A stretch of 64,000 bases of DNA from Candidatus Latescibacterota bacterium (GTDB lineage Bacteria; Latescibacterota; CBDEFO01), in NCBI GenBank assembly GCA_965248755.1, contig OZ252149.1, forward strand, positions 4,256,001-4,320,000. The letters run 5' to 3'. Positions 61,542 to 64,000 of this stretch are shown piece after piece. The first letter of the stretch is position 1; every line of letters starts with the position of its first letter. A program made the position numbers and the translations under genes. The notes beneath the pieces are model-generated. The model saw only the letters and a program-made list of their open reading frames with translations. It was not told the origin of the DNA and searched no databases.

Positions 61542-61617
61542 TGGTGAGCCCGGCAGGAATCGAACCTGCGACCAACGGCTTAAAAGGCCGCTGCTCTACC
61601 GACTGAGCTACGGGCCC
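61542..61617 (-). tRNA. tRNA-Lys(TTT)
   Basis: GGGCCCGTAGCTCAGTCGGTAGAGC...anticodon loop CTTTTAA...GGTTCGATTCC...CCA. Confidence 0.96.
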
Positions 61618-61624
61618 AACGTCT

Positions 61625-62683
61625 CTACATTTTGCCTTCGCGAAATGCGGTTATGTATTCCATACAAAATTCGTCTGCCCCGACAAGAGCGTTGTATGCT
61701 AACTGGTATTGTGTAGATTGAGTGTCAATATTAGAGATACTTTCAGATTTGATCTGTAACGGATCTATTATCCCGCTGTCGCACCCGGCTTCTACAGACA
61801 GATGGATAAATACTTCGTTTAAGAGCCTCCGGTTGGGCATTCCAAAAGAGACGTTGCTAAATCCTCCTGTAATATGAATCTCAGCGCCGTAGAGGTCTCT
61901 TACCTGTTTGACTGCATCCAGGAAAAACCTCCCGTATCGAGAATCTACGCCTATTGGGAAGACCAAAAGGTCAACGAACACATCGTTGTAGGAGATGCTG
62001 AAGCGTTCGACAATTTCCATCAGCCTCTTTACGTTTTCTACTCTCTCTTTATCATCGTCTGGCATTTTAGTTTCACCGAAGGCGGTAGCTATAATCTGGC
62101 AGTTTTTCTCCTTTGCTAATTCTACCATGTCGGGACGTTCCAGAGATGCGGAGTTGAGGATAGGCTCTCCTTTGGAGTAATCATAGATCTCAAGACCTGA
62201 TTTGATATTGTCCGTTGCGGAGGAATCTATGCTCAGGGGCAAATCTACGTGTTGTTGGATTGTCGGTACTATCCACTCCATAGCCTGAGTCTGGACCTGG
62301 GGATTCGGTGCTATCTCATCTACATTTACGTCCAAGTAGTGTGCACCAGCCTCTACTTGTCTTCTGGCTGCGTAAAGGATATACTCCCGGGCTTCCTCCT
62401 GACCGTCTTTCTTTACTGATATTCCCTTGTCAACGGCGATCCTAATGTGCTTTATCTCATTTCGTTGATACTCCTGCGTTTCCTTGTAACTTTCAGGGAT
62501 TGTCAAGTATCTGATATTCCCTCCAGAATCGGTGAACTTGATAGCGTCAGTGCCGTCTTCCAGCGCTTTGACTCTCCTGCCATCCCTTCTGTAAACTCTG
62601 GTTGTATGTATGTTTTCGCCTATTATGATCAGATCACACGGCACTTTTGGATCTCCTGTGTTAACCCGGAATTGGCACGTCAA
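61625..62683 (-). CDS. Pterin-binding (DHPS-fold) protein, methyltetrahydrofolate:corrinoid methyltransferase/MetH-like domain
   Basis: IIGENIH, GAHYLDVN, LSIDSS, ILNS and GFSNVSFGMPNR motifs. Confidence 0.85.
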   Translation of the reverse strand: MTCQFRVNTGDPKVPCDLIIIGENIHTTRVYRRDGRRVKALEDGTDAIKFTDSGGNIRYLTIPESYKETQEYQRNEIKHIRIAVDKGISVKKDGQEEAREYILYAARRQVEAGAHYLDVNVDEIAPNPQVQTQAMEWIVPTIQQHVDLPLSIDSSATDNIKSGLEIYDYSKGEPILNSASLERPDMVELAKEKNCQIIATAFGETKMPDDDKERVENVKRLMEIVERFSISYNDVFVDLLVFPIGVDSRYGRFFLDAVKQVRDLYGAEIHITGGFSNVSFGMPNRRLLNEVFIHLSVEAGCDSGIIDPLQIKSESISNIDTQSTQYQLAYNALVGADEFCMEYITAFREGKM

Positions 62684-62782
62684 TTGGGCAAGAGAGAGGG
62701 CTTATCTTAAATATTAAACATGAACTAAAACTTCGGGAACGTCAAAATATAGGTGTTACAATTTTATGCCCTTTCCCTCTAC

Positions 62783-63190
62783 TTAGTTCTGTATAAAGCT
62801 CACGAATTTTGTAAAGTCGTCTAAGTTGTTGTGCAGGAATCTGTACACATCCTTTATGTCAATCTCAGCGTATTCGTTCACCAATTTATTTCTGAACCCC
62901 CCGATGCCCGGAATAGCTCCTGCGAAATCTTGAGGGAGCACCCCAATTCGGCGCAATTTCTCTGTAACCTTGCTGTATTCTTCGCATCTGATAAGGGCCT
63001 CTGCTGAAAGGATGTGGCTTCCGATCTCTAGAACGTAGTGGATAGCTATCTGAAGACCATGCTCCCTTGCCCAGAGGATCTCTCAATTTCCTGCTGCATC
63101 CGCAAGACCATATCGCTTCAGCCCCTTGAGGGTCCTGACTGTGCTATCAATATTCCTATATTAGCCTTCAGCGTGTTAACATCATATATG
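62783..63190 (-). pseudogene. Degraded DUF86/HepT-type HEPN ribonuclease toxin
   Basis: Manual translation: LWAREHGLQIAIHYVLEIGSHIL...GFRNKLVNEYAEIDIKDVYRFL. In-frame TGA upstream; the His of the Rx4H motif is replaced by Asn. Confidence 0.75.
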
Positions 63191-63529
63191 ATTTTGCACT
63201 TTGGCAAAGCGACCTCTCTCTATCCGTTTGTTGAGATAGTAGCTTTGTAGACCTTATAAGTCGTCCCCTGAACTGGATGATGTCGTCAAGTTTGAAAGCT
63301 TAGTAATAGTTCTGAAGATCGCTTGTAGTTATGCTGGTGACTTTAGACATATTGCTCTCCTTTGCATTGGCCTACAAAGACTTCAGTGATCTTTATAACC
63401 TTCATAGAGTTCTTGAAGAGATGTGGGAAAATAGCGTCCTTGCAATCAACGAGCAGTTGAATTTATTTGAATTGAATCTAGATGGAACTCGTACCATCCG
63501 TTTCCATGGAGCCCACTGAAGGTGGATTA

Positions 63530-64000
63530 TCAGGAACGGGTGGCGACAAACTTGGAGTCTGGAGCAGTGATGCGGGCTAAAGTCTTAGCCAGGGGATAGG
63601 ACTGTTCTACCTTTGCCGCTCCAACTCCCACGGGGATAAAATTGCCCCCTTGAGCGTCCCAGATGGCCTTGTTGAGACTGTAGCTTCGATCTCGGGCGTC
63701 ATCGTACACGGGATCGGCAAAGACGTCATAAAGACCCTGAATTTCGCCTTTAGCGCCCAGTTTAATGATCACCGACACAGCTACACCACGACTATTGACG
63801 GTCGCTATGGCATCCTCAAGTGCAAGCGGCGTGGGGAACATATTGTGCGACCCGCGTCCATCCCCCTGAGTCATATAAAATCCGTCTCTCATAAATAAGT
63901 TGAGTGCGTTGGCCAGCGGCTCTACCGCCAGGAGCACAGGATCGTCTTTGCCGCGATATTCTCCGCCTGTGATTACGGCTAACTTCTCTGTGGACGCAGA
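63530..64000 (-). CDS. 3' part of a class V fructose-1,6-bisphosphate aldolase/phosphatase-like protein
   Basis: The frame is open to the window end: STEKLAVITGGEYRGKDDPV...RGSH...DVFADPVYD, matching the FBPA/P YxGKDDP and RGSH motifs. Confidence 0.75.
   Translation of the reverse strand, partial: SASTEKLAVITGGEYRGKDDPVLLAVEPLANALNLFMRDGFYMTQGDGRGSHNMFPTPLALEDAIATVNSRGVAVSVIIKLGAKGEIQGLYDVFADPVYDDARDRSYSLNKAIWDAQGGNFIPVGVGAAKVEQSYPLAKTLARITAPDSKFVATRS

Overview
Bacterial chromosomal window. The C-terminal TWGxxK motif and EF-hand/dockerin-like tails suggest an FCB-group lineage such as Ca. Latescibacterota; this is an inference. Housekeeping genes are ffh-rpsP-rimM-trmD-rplS, gatB, aroQ-hisC-hisB, exbB-exbD-tonB, tRNA-Arg(ACG) and tRNA-Lys(TTT). 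These are interleaved with two surface-glycan loci, two large FG-GAP/IPT surface proteins, and a tightly coupled bpsA-speD-DUF2156 polyamine operon. There are many pseudogenes: kdsC, wzi, a pglF/capD-like gene, wecB, a SIR2-like gene, a HepT-like gene and a GT2 fragment. IS elements or remnants include IS1380, IS1595, two IS256 copies, IS3 and ISL3. Three signals stand out. (1) A 23-bp imperfect palindrome (TCCCCGATTGANTCTATCGGGGA) occurs at least 7 times with compensatory substitutions, and sits inside transposases, other repeats and intact protein-coding genes. (2) A branched-chain polyamine synthase operon ends in a stand-alone aminoacyl-tRNA-transferase-like DUF2156 gene. (3) An orphan Rad52/RecT-like gene sits under a promoter carrying a palindromic operator. 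All family assignments come from motif recognition, not from database searches.
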